From the NCBI GenBank assembly GCA_038871515.1, contig JAVZHX010000001.1, positions 128,001 to 192,000 of the forward strand: a stretch of DNA of 64,000 nucleotides. The letters are read 5' to 3'. Positions within the stretch are counted from its first letter, which is position 1; each line of letters opens with the position of its first letter. The notes under the pieces are model-generated. The model made no database searches and had not been told where the DNA came from. It saw nothing but the letters and a program-made list of their open reading frames with translations. The translations under genes and the position numbers were made by a program. Shown piece by piece: positions 45,154 through 55,223 of the stretch. This DNA comes from Candidatus Micrarchaeia archaeon. Lineage in GTDB: Archaea; Micrarchaeota; Micrarchaeia; Burarchaeales; Fermentimicrarchaeaceae.

Positions 45154-46329
45154 ATGAGGCTGGAGTATATAAAGAATGAAATTGAAGAAATGAAGAAGAA
45201 AGGACTTTTCAAGGTTCCTCCAATTCTTGGTAGCCCCCAGGGACCAAGGGCAATTGTCAATGGAAAAGAGGTAATCAACCTCGCCTCAAATAATTACCTG
45301 TGCTTAACAACAAACAAAAAAATGAAAAAGGCTGCAATTGAGGCGATAAGGAAGTACGGAGTGGGAACTGGTGCTGTGAGGCAGATTATTGGGACAATGG
45401 ATATACATGAGGAGCTTGAGAGAAAAGTTGCGGAGTTTAAGAAAGCTGAAGCTGTGCTGCTCTTCCCCACAGGCGTTATGGCGAACAGCGGGACAATACC
45501 AACGTTGGTTGGGGAGGGGGATGTTATACTGAGCGATGAGCTTAACCACGGGAGTATAATTGACGGTTGTAGGTTAACGAAAGCTGAGAGAAAAATCTAC
45601 CCTCATTTGAATATGGAGGCGCTTGAGAAAGCATTGAAGGAGAGCATGAATGCAAGAAGGAGGTTGATAATCACAGATGGAGTTTTCAGCATGGATGGGG
45701 ATATTGCGCCCATGGACAGGATAGTTGAGCTTGCTGAAAAATATGATGCGATAACGTATGTTGATGATGCGCATGGTGAAGGGGTGCTTGGGAGGAATGG
45801 GAGGGGAATTGTTGATCATTTCAACCTGCACGGAAGAGTTGATATTGAAATGGGAACATTTTCAAAAGCGTTTGGGTGCATGGGTGGCTATGTTGCTGGA
45901 AGCAGCGAGCTGAGAAGTTACTTAATACAGCGGGCAAGAGCATTCCTTTTCAGCACATCTCACCCACCCGCAGTTGTTGCTGCAATAAGCGCTGCAATAG
46001 ATATTGTGCAGGAGCAGCCGAAGTTGTTTGATAAATTGTGGAGCAATGCAAACTATTTCAGAAAGAAACTGCAGAAGTTAGGTTTCAACACTGGCAACAG
46101 CCAAACACCAATAATACCTGTGATAACTGGGGAGAGTTCACTTGCTCAGAAGCTGTCTGAAAAGCTTTTTGAGAAGGGAGTTTATGTGAACCCGATTGTT
46201 TATCCAATGGTTGCAATTGACAAGGCGAGGGTTAGAAACATAGTTACTGCAGGGCATAAGAAGAAGGATTTGGATGCTGCGCTAGCTGCGTATGAGGAAG
46301 TTGGGAAGGAGCTGAAGTTAATAAGTTGA
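45154..46329 (+). CDS. kbl: 2-amino-3-ketobutyrate CoA ligase (glycine C-acetyltransferase)
   Basis: [36 protein letters not shown]; follows tdh. Confidence 0.88.
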   Translation: MRLEYIKNEIEEMKKKGLFKVPPILGSPQGPRAIVNGKEVINLASNNYLCLTTNKKMKKAAIEAIRKYGVGTGAVRQIIGTMDIHEELERKVAEFKKAEAVLLFPTGVMANSGTIPTLVGEGDVILSDELNHGSIIDGCRLTKAERKIYPHLNMEALEKALKESMNARRRLIITDGVFSMDGDIAPMDRIVELAEKYDAITYVDDAHGEGVLGRNGRGIVDHFNLHGRVDIEMGTFSKAFGCMGGYVAGSSELRSYLIQRARAFLFSTSHPPAVVAAISAAIDIVQEQPKLFDKLWSNANYFRKKLQKLGFNTGNSQTPIIPVITGESSLAQKLSEKLFEKGVYVNPIVYPMVAIDKARVRNIVTAGHKKKDLDAALAAYEEVGKELKLIS

Positions 46330-46369
46330 AAAGTATTATATACAAATCAGAGCATTATATTCCATAGTA

Positions 46370-47788
46370 GTGGTAGCTATGGGTGAAGCTGGGGAGGATG
46401 CAGAGGAGTATTACAAGATAGGTAATGAGTATTATGAGAAAGGCAACTTTGACGTTGCTGTTGAGTATTACACGAAAGCAATTAAAGTTGACCCTCTTTT
46501 TGACAAAGCGTATTATAACAGAGGGTTGGCATATGCTTGCAAGGAGGAGTATGATAAGGCAATTGAGGATATAAATAAGATGATTGAGCTGAAGCCAAAC
46601 TTTGCAGAAGCGTACTACATACTTGGGTTGGCTTATGAGTACAAAAACATGCCTGACAAGGCAATTGAGAATTACAACAAAGCGCTGGAGTTAAATCCGG
46701 ATTTTAAGGATGCGCAGAACAGGCTTGAGCTTGCAAAGAGCAAGAAGGAGAAGGCGAAGGAGGTTACAACAACAGAGCCTGGAACGCTTGCAAAAATAGA
46801 GTTTCTTGAAAAACCAAAAATTAATTTCAACGATGTTGCTGGGATGAATCACGCGAAGGATGTGATAAATGAGTTGATTGTTTACCCATTCAAAAACCCT
46901 GCACTTGCGAAGAAGTACGGCAAGATGGCTGGTGGAGGGGTGCTTTTCTACGGGCCTCCGGGATGCGGTAAAACATTTATGGCAAAGGCAACTGCAGGGC
47001 AGTGCGATGTTAACTTCATTCACGCAAGAATAAATGAAATTGTTGATATGTACGCGGGCAACACTGAGAAGAACCTGCACAGAGTTTTTGAAACTGCAAG
47101 AAGGAATGCTCCGGCTGTTGTTTTCTTTGATGAAATGGAGGCGCTTGGCGGGAAGAGGGAAGCGGATATGCAGGGCTTTCAGAAGATGGCTGTTAACCAG
47201 TTTCTTGCAGAGATGGATGGGTTGGAAAGCACAACTGAAAACGTTCTTGTGATTGGGGCAACAAACGCCCCTTGGGATGTTGACCCTGCGCTGAAAAGAG
47301 CTGGGAGGTTTGGGAGAACGGTTTATGTCGGGCTTCCTGATAAGAAGTCAAGGGAAGCTTTATTTAAATTATACTGCAAGAACAGGCCTCTCGGGAGGAT
47401 TAACTGGGGAAGGCTTGCGAGGGCAACTGAGGGGTATTCAAGCGCAGATATAAAGCAGCTATGCGAGGATGCTGCAACAATACCGTGGAAGGAGGCGTTT
47501 GAAGGGAAGAGGGAGAGGCCTATTGAGATGAGGGATTTTCTGAAAGCGATAAGGAAGAGAAAATCATCCTTAACTGAGTGGTTTGGGACAGTGAAAAAAC
47601 AGCTTGTTGGGAGGAAGGAGAAGGTTGTGCAGGATGGGAAGGAGCACTGGGTTGAGCACGAGAGCAAGCTTACTCCTGAGGAGAAGCAGATGTACAAGGA
47701 TTTGATAAATGATGTAAAACAATACACGATGTGGAGGTATAAGATTCCAAGGTTGATAAAAACTGAGTTCGCAAAGTGGATTTTCTAG
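46370..47788 (+). CDS. TPR-domain AAA+ ATPase
   Basis: Three N-terminal TPRs; GPPGCGKT, FFDEME, GATNAPWDVDPALKRAGRF. Confidence 0.88.
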   Translation: MVAMGEAGEDAEEYYKIGNEYYEKGNFDVAVEYYTKAIKVDPLFDKAYYNRGLAYACKEEYDKAIEDINKMIELKPNFAEAYYILGLAYEYKNMPDKAIENYNKALELNPDFKDAQNRLELAKSKKEKAKEVTTTEPGTLAKIEFLEKPKINFNDVAGMNHAKDVINELIVYPFKNPALAKKYGKMAGGGVLFYGPPGCGKTFMAKATAGQCDVNFIHARINEIVDMYAGNTEKNLHRVFETARRNAPAVVFFDEMEALGGKREADMQGFQKMAVNQFLAEMDGLESTTENVLVIGATNAPWDVDPALKRAGRFGRTVYVGLPDKKSREALFKLYCKNRPLGRINWGRLARATEGYSSADIKQLCEDAATIPWKEAFEGKRERPIEMRDFLKAIRKRKSSLTEWFGTVKKQLVGRKEKVVQDGKEHWVEHESKLTPEEKQMYKDLINDVKQYTMWRYKIPRLIKTEFAKWIF

Positions 47789-48762
47789 AGTTTTTTTGCA
47801 ACTTTCAATGCTCCTTTAACTCCAAGCAAGTCAACCGCCATGTTCATGAAGCGAGCCAGCAGCGCAAATGAAACACTTTGGTATGGTGGAACGCCAAATA
47901 AGGAGAGAACAACTGCTGTTCCTCCTTCATATAAACCCATCCCAGCAAGCGTTGGGGCGGGTATGAATTGAAGTATTGTGACAAGCGGGTGGAGGAATGC
48001 GAAGAAAACAATTTCAGGAAGAGCTGTTTCAATTTTCATTCCAATGCTTTTTGAAAGAAGGACCCATTCGCAGGATTTTATGAACCAGGTTGTAAGTGAA
48101 ATTGCTAGTATGTAAGGGAGGAGCTTCCTAATTGACTTGGAGTTTTTCTGCATCTTTGAGAGAATGGAGTGAATCTGCTTGCCATATGGAAAAATAGAGA
48201 GGAAGGAGAGCTTTTCAACGAATTTTTTTGAGAAGAGAAGCAAGCCCATGAAAGCTATCATTGAGAGGAAGATGAATGCTCCAACAACCATTCCGATAAT
48301 GCTTTCGCCTATTTTACCCGCCAGCATAGTAAGTAGGTACCAGAGCGCAAGCGAGCCGGCAAGAAACTTCAGGGTGAACTCAAAGAGCTGCGGTGCAAGG
48401 ATGGAAAGCATCGCCTTATCCATCGGTATACGCGAGTTTTTGTTTATCAGAAAAGCAGTTGCAAAGTAGCCAGTTCTTGCAGGGGTGAAGTCAGAGGCGA
48501 GCATCCCTGAAAGGCTTGCCTCAAGCGCTTCAAAGAAGCTTATTTTCTCTTTAACTTCTTTGAGAATCAGAGTTATTCTATATGCCATGAATGAGTTCAA
48601 ACCAAGATAGAGAAAAGCTGCACCAATGAAGTATACTAAATTGACATTCCGCATAACCTCTAGAACTTTTGGGAAGTCTGAGAGGTATAGAACAAGCGCA
48701 ACAGCAACAAGTGAGATGAGAAGCTGAACCAGCAGTGATTTCTTCATTTGCGCACCTTCCAT
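47785..48762 (-). CDS. UPF0104/lysylphosphatidylglycerol-synthase-like flippase
   Basis: Multi-TM; SDFTPARTG, PAPTLAGMGLYEGG. Confidence 0.8.
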   Translation of the reverse strand: MEGAQMKKSLLVQLLISLVAVALVLYLSDFPKVLEVMRNVNLVYFIGAAFLYLGLNSFMAYRITLILKEVKEKISFFEALEASLSGMLASDFTPARTGYFATAFLINKNSRIPMDKAMLSILAPQLFEFTLKFLAGSLALWYLLTMLAGKIGESIIGMVVGAFIFLSMIAFMGLLLFSKKFVEKLSFLSIFPYGKQIHSILSKMQKNSKSIRKLLPYILAISLTTWFIKSCEWVLLSKSIGMKIETALPEIVFFAFLHPLVTILQFIPAPTLAGMGLYEGGTAVVLSLFGVPPYQSVSFALLARFMNMAVDLLGVKGALKVAKKL

Positions 48763-48825
48763 TAGATTATCTCCTCATTTTTTTAAACTTTGCACTGCTT
48801 AATTTAAAGAGGAGGTGTTTCTGGA

Positions 48826-49800
48826 GTGGGAGTTCTGCAGAGTTTGCAGCTTCTTTTCAAAAAAGCAGTTAGCATAACTGGCATAAAAACTGAGAGGGGC
48901 GTGCTGGCTAGAATAGAGATTCAGCTTGCCCCGTATATGGATGTGATGAGAAGCGAGCTCAACGCTTCTGAATGGGCAGTGCTTGTAGCTTTATCGTCGT
49001 GCGTGGGTTTTCTCATTCTTCTTCTTCCGCTGTATTCAACTACTGGCTCTCCTGAGCTCACGCTGATTTTCTCCCTTCTTGGAGCAATTTTCATCGGTTA
49101 TATTGTGATGACAATACCTATGCTGCTTTCTTATATGAAAGTTGAGGGGATGGAGAAAGCTATGCCGCTCTTCCTATCTCATTTAACCGCAATCTACTCG
49201 GAGAGGAAGAATATGAGGGATGCGCTGCTCAGCGTGATGTCCCTTGATTATGGAAAGCTTTCACCGGAGTTGAGGGAGGCAGTTTCAAAGTTTGAGGTGA
49301 GCGGAAACCCAAAAACTGCATTCAGGAGATTGAGGGAAACAATAAAATCAAGGAAGATAAACAGAGCGTTTGATTTGATAACAAATTCCATAGAAACTGG
49401 AGTTGATGTTTCAGAATCCCTCACACTGCTCACAAGCAACATAACATCTGACTTCGATGCGGAAAGCGAGAGGAGGAGCAGGGTGGATTTGTCAACGTGG
49501 ATGATTTTTCTTTCATCAGCATTCTTCTACCCTTTCTTTGCTGGGATGGGGTATAACGTGATTTTACTGCTTGAGAGTTTGATGGGAGCACCACTTTATT
49601 CTGAGCTGGAGAAGCAGTTCCTCCTCTTCAGTTTAATTACTTACATGATGCTCGCCAACGTGCTTGACGCGATGTTCATAGGGGAGGTGAGGTATGGTTC
49701 TGTGAGAAGGGGGCTGATGATGGTTTTTCCTGTGATGTTTCTTGTTGCATCTGTTGTTTTTGTGGTTTCCATGAGGTTTGCTGGGGCGTTTGTGGGGTGA
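48826..49800 (+). CDS. TadC/T2SSF-like pilus platform membrane protein
   Basis: MEKAMPLFL...DYGKLSPEL...ETGVDVSESL layout with flanking TMs. Confidence 0.75.
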   Translation: MGVLQSLQLLFKKAVSITGIKTERGVLARIEIQLAPYMDVMRSELNASEWAVLVALSSCVGFLILLLPLYSTTGSPELTLIFSLLGAIFIGYIVMTIPMLLSYMKVEGMEKAMPLFLSHLTAIYSERKNMRDALLSVMSLDYGKLSPELREAVSKFEVSGNPKTAFRRLRETIKSRKINRAFDLITNSIETGVDVSESLTLLTSNITSDFDAESERRSRVDLSTWMIFLSSAFFYPFFAGMGYNVILLLESLMGAPLYSELEKQFLLFSLITYMMLANVLDAMFIGEVRYGSVRRGLMMVFPVMFLVASVVFVVSMRFAGAFVG

Positions 49801-49804
49801 GCAA

Positions 49805-50083
49805 ATGGCGTGTGTGTCTTTGGAGCTTTCCATTGCGGTGGTTTTTTTTGTCGCAGCAGTGCTGCTGTTCAGGGAGTATCAGCATATGAAGGGAATGAAC
49901 GCTTTGAAAAGTGAGAATGATGAGTTGAGGAATGCAATATATGCTTTGCAGAGGGAGGAGAAGAATTTCAGGGAGAGGGATTTCAAAAAACTTCTTAGTG
50001 ATTTCAACAAGCTGAAGGAGAGGGCGGATGAGATTGAGAGCGAGTACGTGAAGCTGAAGAGGAAGTTAGGTAAGGAAAAATGA
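49805..50083 (+). CDS. Small membrane-anchored coiled-coil protein
   Basis: N-terminal TM followed by heptads. Confidence 0.5.
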   Translation: MACVSLELSIAVVFFVAAVLLFREYQHMKGMNALKSENDELRNAIYALQREEKNFRERDFKKLLSDFNKLKERADEIESEYVKLKRKLGKEK

Positions 50084-50407
50084 TGAGCTCATTCCAGTGT
50101 AGGAGTCGGTTAATTTAACTTCCTTCGGAGTTTTGCTGAAGTCAATGCTCACCCTTAAACCATATGAGCTGCAGATTTTTTCAACTGATGCAGTCCACTC
50201 CGCAAGGTTTCTCTCATTAACCTGTTTGTAGCTTTCAATTATCGTTTTTCTTGCCAATGCTATTCTGTTTGAGCGCACCTCAGCAAAAACTATTGAGGAG
50301 TAACCCTTGCTTGCTATGCGTGGAGAGTGGGAGCTGAGAAGAAGGATGAAGCCAAGCGTGAATACTGAGAGGACAAGCAAACCCCCAAACCCTTTTTTCA
50401 TCTCCAT
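50066..50407 (-). CDS. Pilin-like protein (class III signal peptide-like)
   Basis: MKKG|F followed by a hydrophobic helix. Confidence 0.55.
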   Translation of the reverse strand: MEMKKGFGGLLVLSVFTLGFILLLSSHSPRIASKGYSSIVFAEVRSNRIALARKTIIESYKQVNERNLAEWTASVEKICSSYGLRVSIDFSKTPKEVKLTDSYTGMSSSFFLT

Positions 50408-50823
50408 ACGTTCACCTTCACTATTCTGTTTTCAGCTCCGCCTTTCAAAGGAAGTATCAGGGAGAACTGCTCCTTCTGAGTGGGTGTTGATTCGTCTATT
50501 TCAACCGAAAATGAGCTTGAGCCTTCTATTTCAATCTCAATTCTCTTCAAGTTCAGCAGCCTTCCGTAGTTATATAGTTTCATCTGAATGAAACTTATCT
50601 CATCCGCTGAGAGGTATCCTTTAACCTCAAGCCCCCTTCTCATTATTTGGTGTATCTCATCCTTGTAGAATGCATTCGCCAAATCATAGCCAGCTCTTTC
50701 AAGGAGCAGGTTTGCTGTTGGATGGGTGCTTCTGGGCCAGGCTGCAAAGAGGGAGTAGGAGAGCAGAACTGCTATGAACAGGGCAAGCACACCGTCCAGC
50801 AACATCACCTGTCCCTTATGCAT
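50398..50823 (-). CDS. Pilin-like protein (class III signal peptide)
   Basis: KG|QVMLLD followed by a hydrophobic helix. Confidence 0.7.
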   Translation of the reverse strand: MHKGQVMLLDGVLALFIAVLLSYSLFAAWPRSTHPTANLLLERAGYDLANAFYKDEIHQIMRRGLEVKGYLSADEISFIQMKLYNYGRLLNLKRIEIEIEGSSSFSVEIDESTPTQKEQFSLILPLKGGAENRIVKVNVWR

Positions 50824-52108
50824 ACGTCACCACCAGCTTGAACTTGAAGGTTCCTTGAATGTTGTAAAACTGAATTGCATTCTCCCCTCCTTTTACGTAG
50901 CCAGATACGTCTTCAACTGCATACGGGGAGTGAATTGAGCCAGCGTTTATCTGAATGCTCATCAACTCACCGGGAGAAATAGTTTTTGGGGAGGGGGAGT
51001 AATACCAAATAGTTAGAACTGCAGTTCCATCCGCAAGCGTTGAAATATAATGTTTGCTGTGAGTTGGGCCACAGGTATCAGTTTGAACTGGGTTTATTGA
51101 GATGCTTATTGTGTTCAAACCAGGTTTTACAAGTTCAAACACAGGTTGATTTGAAATTCCGTTTATGAAAACTGTCATCTCTCCTGTTATTTCATTTCGA
51201 ATTGTGTTCGCATCTGTTATAAAAGAATTTTCTGGTATTTCCACAACTCCTCCCTGAGAGAAGAAATCTGAGGAGAACACACCTTCATCATGGCAGCCAG
51301 TTCCATCAGGCGCGCACTCGCATACGGATATTTTTGAGTAATGATACGATGCCTGTGCTCCAGCAGTTTTATTTTCGTATTTATGCGCATCCGTTATCTC
51401 AAGAACAGCTGAGTAAACAACTGCATTCTCAGGAAGCTGGAAGTATTCAATATAGCTCTCGCCAAGCGGCTGCACAACTTCCTTCTCAATATTAAAAGTT
51501 TTCACAAAACCGCTTGCTGGTGGTTTTGAATCAAGCACTGTGAAGTTTGTTTTCACAACAACTGGCTGCTCCGTGAGTGGGTTTATCAGCACGCTTCCAT
51601 TCTCATCCTGCGCAACTGCGGTTACATTGTAAACTCCAGGTGAGGTTGGTATGAAAGCGGAGGTGATTGTTTTTGACAGTATTATTGTGACGTTCTCCTC
51701 ATCAGAAGGGGAAACCGGTATCTCGGCGCCTGAGGAGTTCACAATTCTTATCAAAATTTTTGGCACAACCATTGGAGCGGGATAGTTATTCCAAGCTGTG
51801 AGCTTTATTATTGACGGCTGATTTATGAAGTAAGGCTCATTTTTAGTTATCTGAAGTGAAACCAGGCTTGCGTTTGTGAAGTTGCCAAACCCGCCAGAAA
51901 TTGGCAGAAAGCCCGTCCCAAACGTCTCATTGCTCAGGTAGTATATCAAGCCTGTTGATGCGTTCTCAACTCCCCCCTGAATTGCAGAGTAAGCACCTCT
52001 CTGCATTTTCATTATTTCAGAAAGGCTCATCACCCCTGCAAGAATCACAAGCACAACTGCAGAGAGAATGAGAAGAAATTCAATTGAAGTCTGACCCCTT
52101 ACTGCCAT
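50816..52108 (-). CDS. Large pilin-like/adhesin protein (class III signal peptide)
   Basis: RG|QTSIEFLLIL; beta-rich, many sequons, Cys loop. Confidence 0.75.
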   Translation of the reverse strand: MAVRGQTSIEFLLILSAVVLVILAGVMSLSEIMKMQRGAYSAIQGGVENASTGLIYYLSNETFGTGFLPISGGFGNFTNASLVSLQITKNEPYFINQPSIIKLTAWNNYPAPMVVPKILIRIVNSSGAEIPVSPSDEENVTIILSKTITSAFIPTSPGVYNVTAVAQDENGSVLINPLTEQPVVVKTNFTVLDSKPPASGFVKTFNIEKEVVQPLGESYIEYFQLPENAVVYSAVLEITDAHKYENKTAGAQASYHYSKISVCECAPDGTGCHDEGVFSSDFFSQGGVVEIPENSFITDANTIRNEITGEMTVFINGISNQPVFELVKPGLNTISISINPVQTDTCGPTHSKHYISTLADGTAVLTIWYYSPSPKTISPGELMSIQINAGSIHSPYAVEDVSGYVKGGENAIQFYNIQGTFKFKLVVTYA

Positions 52109-52464
52109 ACCCTCACCTCCATAATTGCAGGCTGTCCTTCAACAAAAACAACCCTTCTCACAGCGTAAATATCAACTCCGTCAGGAGCTTTTTCACCAAG
52201 CAAAACTCCCCCAACTCTCACCTCAACGTTTTTTCTGAAAGTCACTTTAAGTTTCTCCAAATCAACGTTTCCTTCCGAATCAACATACTTTTTTGCTATA
52301 TAATCAGCTATGTTATCGGCAACAAGCTGCATCCTTTCATCAATTAGCTGGGAGTTTATTTTTTTATTCAGCAGAAGGAAGTTTGAGATGAGAAGCAGCG
52401 ATGCCAGAAAAAACACTAGGAAGGAAAGAAACTCCTCTCCGAATATTATCACTCCTCTTCTCAT
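52099..52464 (-). CDS. Pilin-like protein
   Basis: RRG|VIIFGEEF followed by a hydrophobic helix. Confidence 0.6.
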   Translation of the reverse strand: MRRGVIIFGEEFLSFLVFFLASLLLISNFLLLNKKINSQLIDERMQLVADNIADYIAKKYVDSEGNVDLEKLKVTFRKNVEVRVGGVLLGEKAPDGVDIYAVRRVVFVEGQPAIMEVRVWQ

Positions 52465-52889
52465 CCAGCTCCCTCCACTCTCAAAAATTTTCCTTCTGGT
52501 TTCTCCTCCAATGAAACTTTCAATCCTTCAAACGGAACTGCGGATGCAACGCTCGCAGATGGGTAACCGGCTGGCGTCACAACAACCCAGTTTGAATGAA
52601 AGGTTATGTTGTATTCAACTTCTTTTGGAAAGCTAACTCCCCTTATCCTTTTTGGCAGGAGAAGAGAGATTGTGCAATTGCCTTCGTAACATAGATTGCG
52701 CTGCATCAAATCCACTGAATTCGCAACCTGCTGGGCGAGCATGTGAGACGCAGTTGCTATCTGCCTCTCCTCCTCATTTTTTCTTAACTGCATTGCGAAA
52801 ATAAGTGAGAAAAGAAAGAGGAGAAGCACTGCGGAAAGTGCAATGTAGAATTCAAGCGATATCTGGGCTTTATTGAAGAAACTCAACAA
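52461..52889 (-). CDS. Pilin-like protein (class III signal peptide)
   Basis: KA|QISLEFYI. Confidence 0.75.
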   Translation of the reverse strand: MLSFFNKAQISLEFYIALSAVLLLFLFSLIFAMQLRKNEEERQIATASHMLAQQVANSVDLMQRNLCYEGNCTISLLLPKRIRGVSFPKEVEYNITFHSNWVVVTPAGYPSASVASAVPFEGLKVSLEEKPEGKFLRVEGAG

Positions 52890-53295
52890 TTACCTCACCC
52901 TGCCTAACGCAATATACCCTCGCAACGTGCTTTCCTTTTGAGAGCGTGAAGTTTGTTGGGAGGATAAGCAACCTGTAGTTGGTTGCCCTGCTGAAGTTTG
53001 TTCCCCTGAAAGTGAACGTTGAAAGGTATAAAGAATCCGAAATTCTTATCTGGTTGTATTCAGTTAAACCATCAGGTATTATCAATGAAACAACTCTTTC
53101 AGAGCCCTCTGTTAAAACGTCTGCTGTTGAGTAGATTGTTTCCAGCGAGTCAGCAAACCTTGCAGTTGAAATTGATGGGCTTATGCTTCTCAAACCACCC
53201 TGTATTGAGTAAAGGGTGAACAGCAGCAGAGTAACCCCTATTGCCAGTATGAGAAGAAACTCTGCGCTTGTCTGTCCTCTCAGCATAGAAATCAA
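52870..53295 (-). CDS. Pilin-like protein (class III signal peptide)
   Basis: RG|QTSAEFLLIL. Confidence 0.75.
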   Translation of the reverse strand: MISMLRGQTSAEFLLILAIGVTLLLFTLYSIQGGLRSISPSISTARFADSLETIYSTADVLTEGSERVVSLIIPDGLTEYNQIRISDSLYLSTFTFRGTNFSRATNYRLLILPTNFTLSKGKHVARVYCVRQGEVIVEFLQ

Positions 53296-53516
53296 TCGCC
53301 TGTTTGATTTGTGAAGTTTCTCAACTCGCTGAATGTTTGGTTAATTGCCTCTGTTGGTTTCATCGACTGGTTTCCAATCGTCACATTTCCCTGCGTGGTT
53401 GAAGTGAGCTCCCTTATTGTTAAAAATAAGGCAATTATCAGCAGCACAACAACTGAGATTATCAGCAGGTATTCAATGGTGGTTTGCGCTTTTGTAAGCT
53501 GGTGGTTTATTCCCAT
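53292..53516 (-). CDS. Short pilin-like protein (candidate major pilin)
   Basis: KA|QTTIEYLLII; 74 aa; first gene of the cluster with GGGGTGA SD. Confidence 0.75.
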   Translation of the reverse strand: MGINHQLTKAQTTIEYLLIISVVVLLIIALFLTIRELTSTTQGNVTIGNQSMKPTEAINQTFSELRNFTNQTGD

Positions 53517-53563
53517 AAGCTCACCCCAGTATATTATGAGGGATGGTTATTTTAAATTCTGCG

Positions 53564-54268
53564 TTATAATTTGGCGTATTTCTCCTGCATCTCCCTCATT
53601 TTCCCGCAGGAGAATTCTCCCTCTGGGCAGTAACCAAGTTGAACGCAGGAAGGGCCTGCCTTTTCAAAGATGACTGGCGCAACCTTCCTGCACTCCTTAA
53701 CCATTTTCTCAGCAAGCTCCCTTATCTCCCACTGCGCTCTCTCGCAGCAGCGAAGGGAGAAGAAGTGAAGCAGCTCCCTGCCGTTCATTGTAACCGTGAT
53801 GGTTGTTTTTGTTGCGTTTGGGAGTATGTATCTTGCATCCTCAACTGGAATGCCTGATTGTATTAATTGATTATACACTTTCATAATCTCTGAAATAGTT
53901 TTTTTGAAAAGTTTGAGTGTTTTTTCATTTTCCTTTATCAACGGTGGAACAACAAACGAGTTTTCATCAGTTACCTTCACATACCTCTGGCTCTGCTGGG
54001 TGTATGAGGCAATTCTGTGCCTCACCAACTCGTGGGTTAGCGCTCTTGAAACTCCTGAAACGCTGAACGTGAAGGAGCAGTGCTCTGCAACGGAGATGTG
54101 GCCTGATTTTATTATTTGTTTTAGCAGTTTCAATGCCTTCTCCTTCTCTGCAACTGAAAGAGTTTTCTCAAGCAGCTCTGATGGCGGAAGGGCGCTTCTT
54201 GAAGTTCTTGCAGCAGCTGCGCAAACCAAGTCTGGGTTGGGCGTATGTGCTATGAGTTTCACTTCCAT
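53564..54268 (-). CDS. thyX: FAD-dependent thymidylate synthase
   Basis: GHISVAEH, SRALTHELVRHRIASYTQQSQRY, EDARY, AQWEIR; ATG at 54268 with GGAGG SD. Confidence 0.95.
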   Translation of the reverse strand: MEVKLIAHTPNPDLVCAAAARTSRSALPPSELLEKTLSVAEKEKALKLLKQIIKSGHISVAEHCSFTFSVSGVSRALTHELVRHRIASYTQQSQRYVKVTDENSFVVPPLIKENEKTLKLFKKTISEIMKVYNQLIQSGIPVEDARYILPNATKTTITVTMNGRELLHFFSLRCCERAQWEIRELAEKMVKECRKVAPVIFEKAGPSCVQLGYCPEGEFSCGKMREMQEKYAKL

Positions 54269-54333
54269 AAAAAACCTCCAATAGTGTTTGGGGGAGAAAG
54301 TATAAAAACATTGCAAGGAGGAAATTAAAACAC

Positions 54334-54420
54334 GCGGGGGTGTCTGAGCCTGGTCTAAAGAGCAGGGCTTAGGACCCTGTGCACTTAGGTGCTTCGTGGG
54401 TTCAAATCCCTCCCCCCGCA
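54334..54420 (+). tRNA. tRNA-Leu(UAG)
   Basis: GCGGGGG/CCCCCGC acceptor stem, CAGGG-CT-TAG-GA-CCCTG, long variable arm, A73. Confidence 0.93.
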
Positions 54421-54455
54421 TAAGAGTTTTAAATTAGTTTGAAGTTAAACTATTG

Positions 54456-55223
54456 ATGAGGCTTCTTCTGAAGTTGAAAGCAGCAAAGAATGCGAGTTAT
54501 GATATGACTTACTATCATAAAGCACAGGGTTTGATATATGATTTGTTGAGAGACACCCCGTATAGTATTCTCCATGATAAGAGGGGGTATAAGTTCTTCT
54601 GTTTTTCAAATATATTCCCAATAGGGGATTTTAAAGAAAGGGATGTAAGGAACTTCTTGATCTCCTCCCCTGACTCCGTACTTATAAAGATGTTAAAAGA
54701 AAGGATAGAGGAAAGAAAAACAATAAACATTGGTGAGCTTAGTTTTATAGTTGAGGAATGCAAGTTACTGAAAATCAAAATTCAGAATAACTTGCATTTG
54801 ATAAGCGCAACCCCAATAATCCTGAGGATACCAAGGAGAAATTATTCGAAGTATAATATAGAGTCGGATAAACCGTATGTTTTTTGGCAACCAAGTTATT
54901 CTTTTGAAGTTTTCGTAAAGCAGCTTGAGGAGAATATTTTCAAAAAGTATAATGAATTCTACAAAAGCAAGGTGAAGGAATTTCCATTGTTTGAGCAGTT
55001 TGTTTTCAAAAAGTCAACAGTCAATCACGTTGTAGTAGACGGGAAGGAGCAGAAGTTCTTCGGAAGTGTATGGGAATTTAAGTTTTATGGTTTAAAATAT
55101 AATGCAGGGAGGAGAAAAGTTTTGGAGTTTGCAATTGATTGCGGAGTGGGTGAGAGAAACACATTTGGATTTGGATTTGTAAATGTGATAAAAGATGTTA
55201 AACGAAATGTGTTTATTTGTTGA
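54456..55223 (+). CDS. cas6: CRISPR endoribonuclease Cas6
   Basis: LHD..GYKFFCFS, ISSPD, C-terminal GVGERNTFGFG. Confidence 0.93.
   Translation: MRLLLKLKAAKNASYDMTYYHKAQGLIYDLLRDTPYSILHDKRGYKFFCFSNIFPIGDFKERDVRNFLISSPDSVLIKMLKERIEERKTINIGELSFIVEECKLLKIKIQNNLHLISATPIILRIPRRNYSKYNIESDKPYVFWQPSYSFEVFVKQLEENIFKKYNEFYKSKVKEFPLFEQFVFKKSTVNHVVVDGKEQKFFGSVWEFKFYGLKYNAGRRKVLEFAIDCGVGERNTFGFGFVNVIKDVKRNVFIC

Noticed and set aside
54269..54421. N-terminal extension of the thyX ORF in the ORF track
   Set aside because: It is the antisense of tRNA-Leu; the real start is the SD-preceded ATG at 54268.
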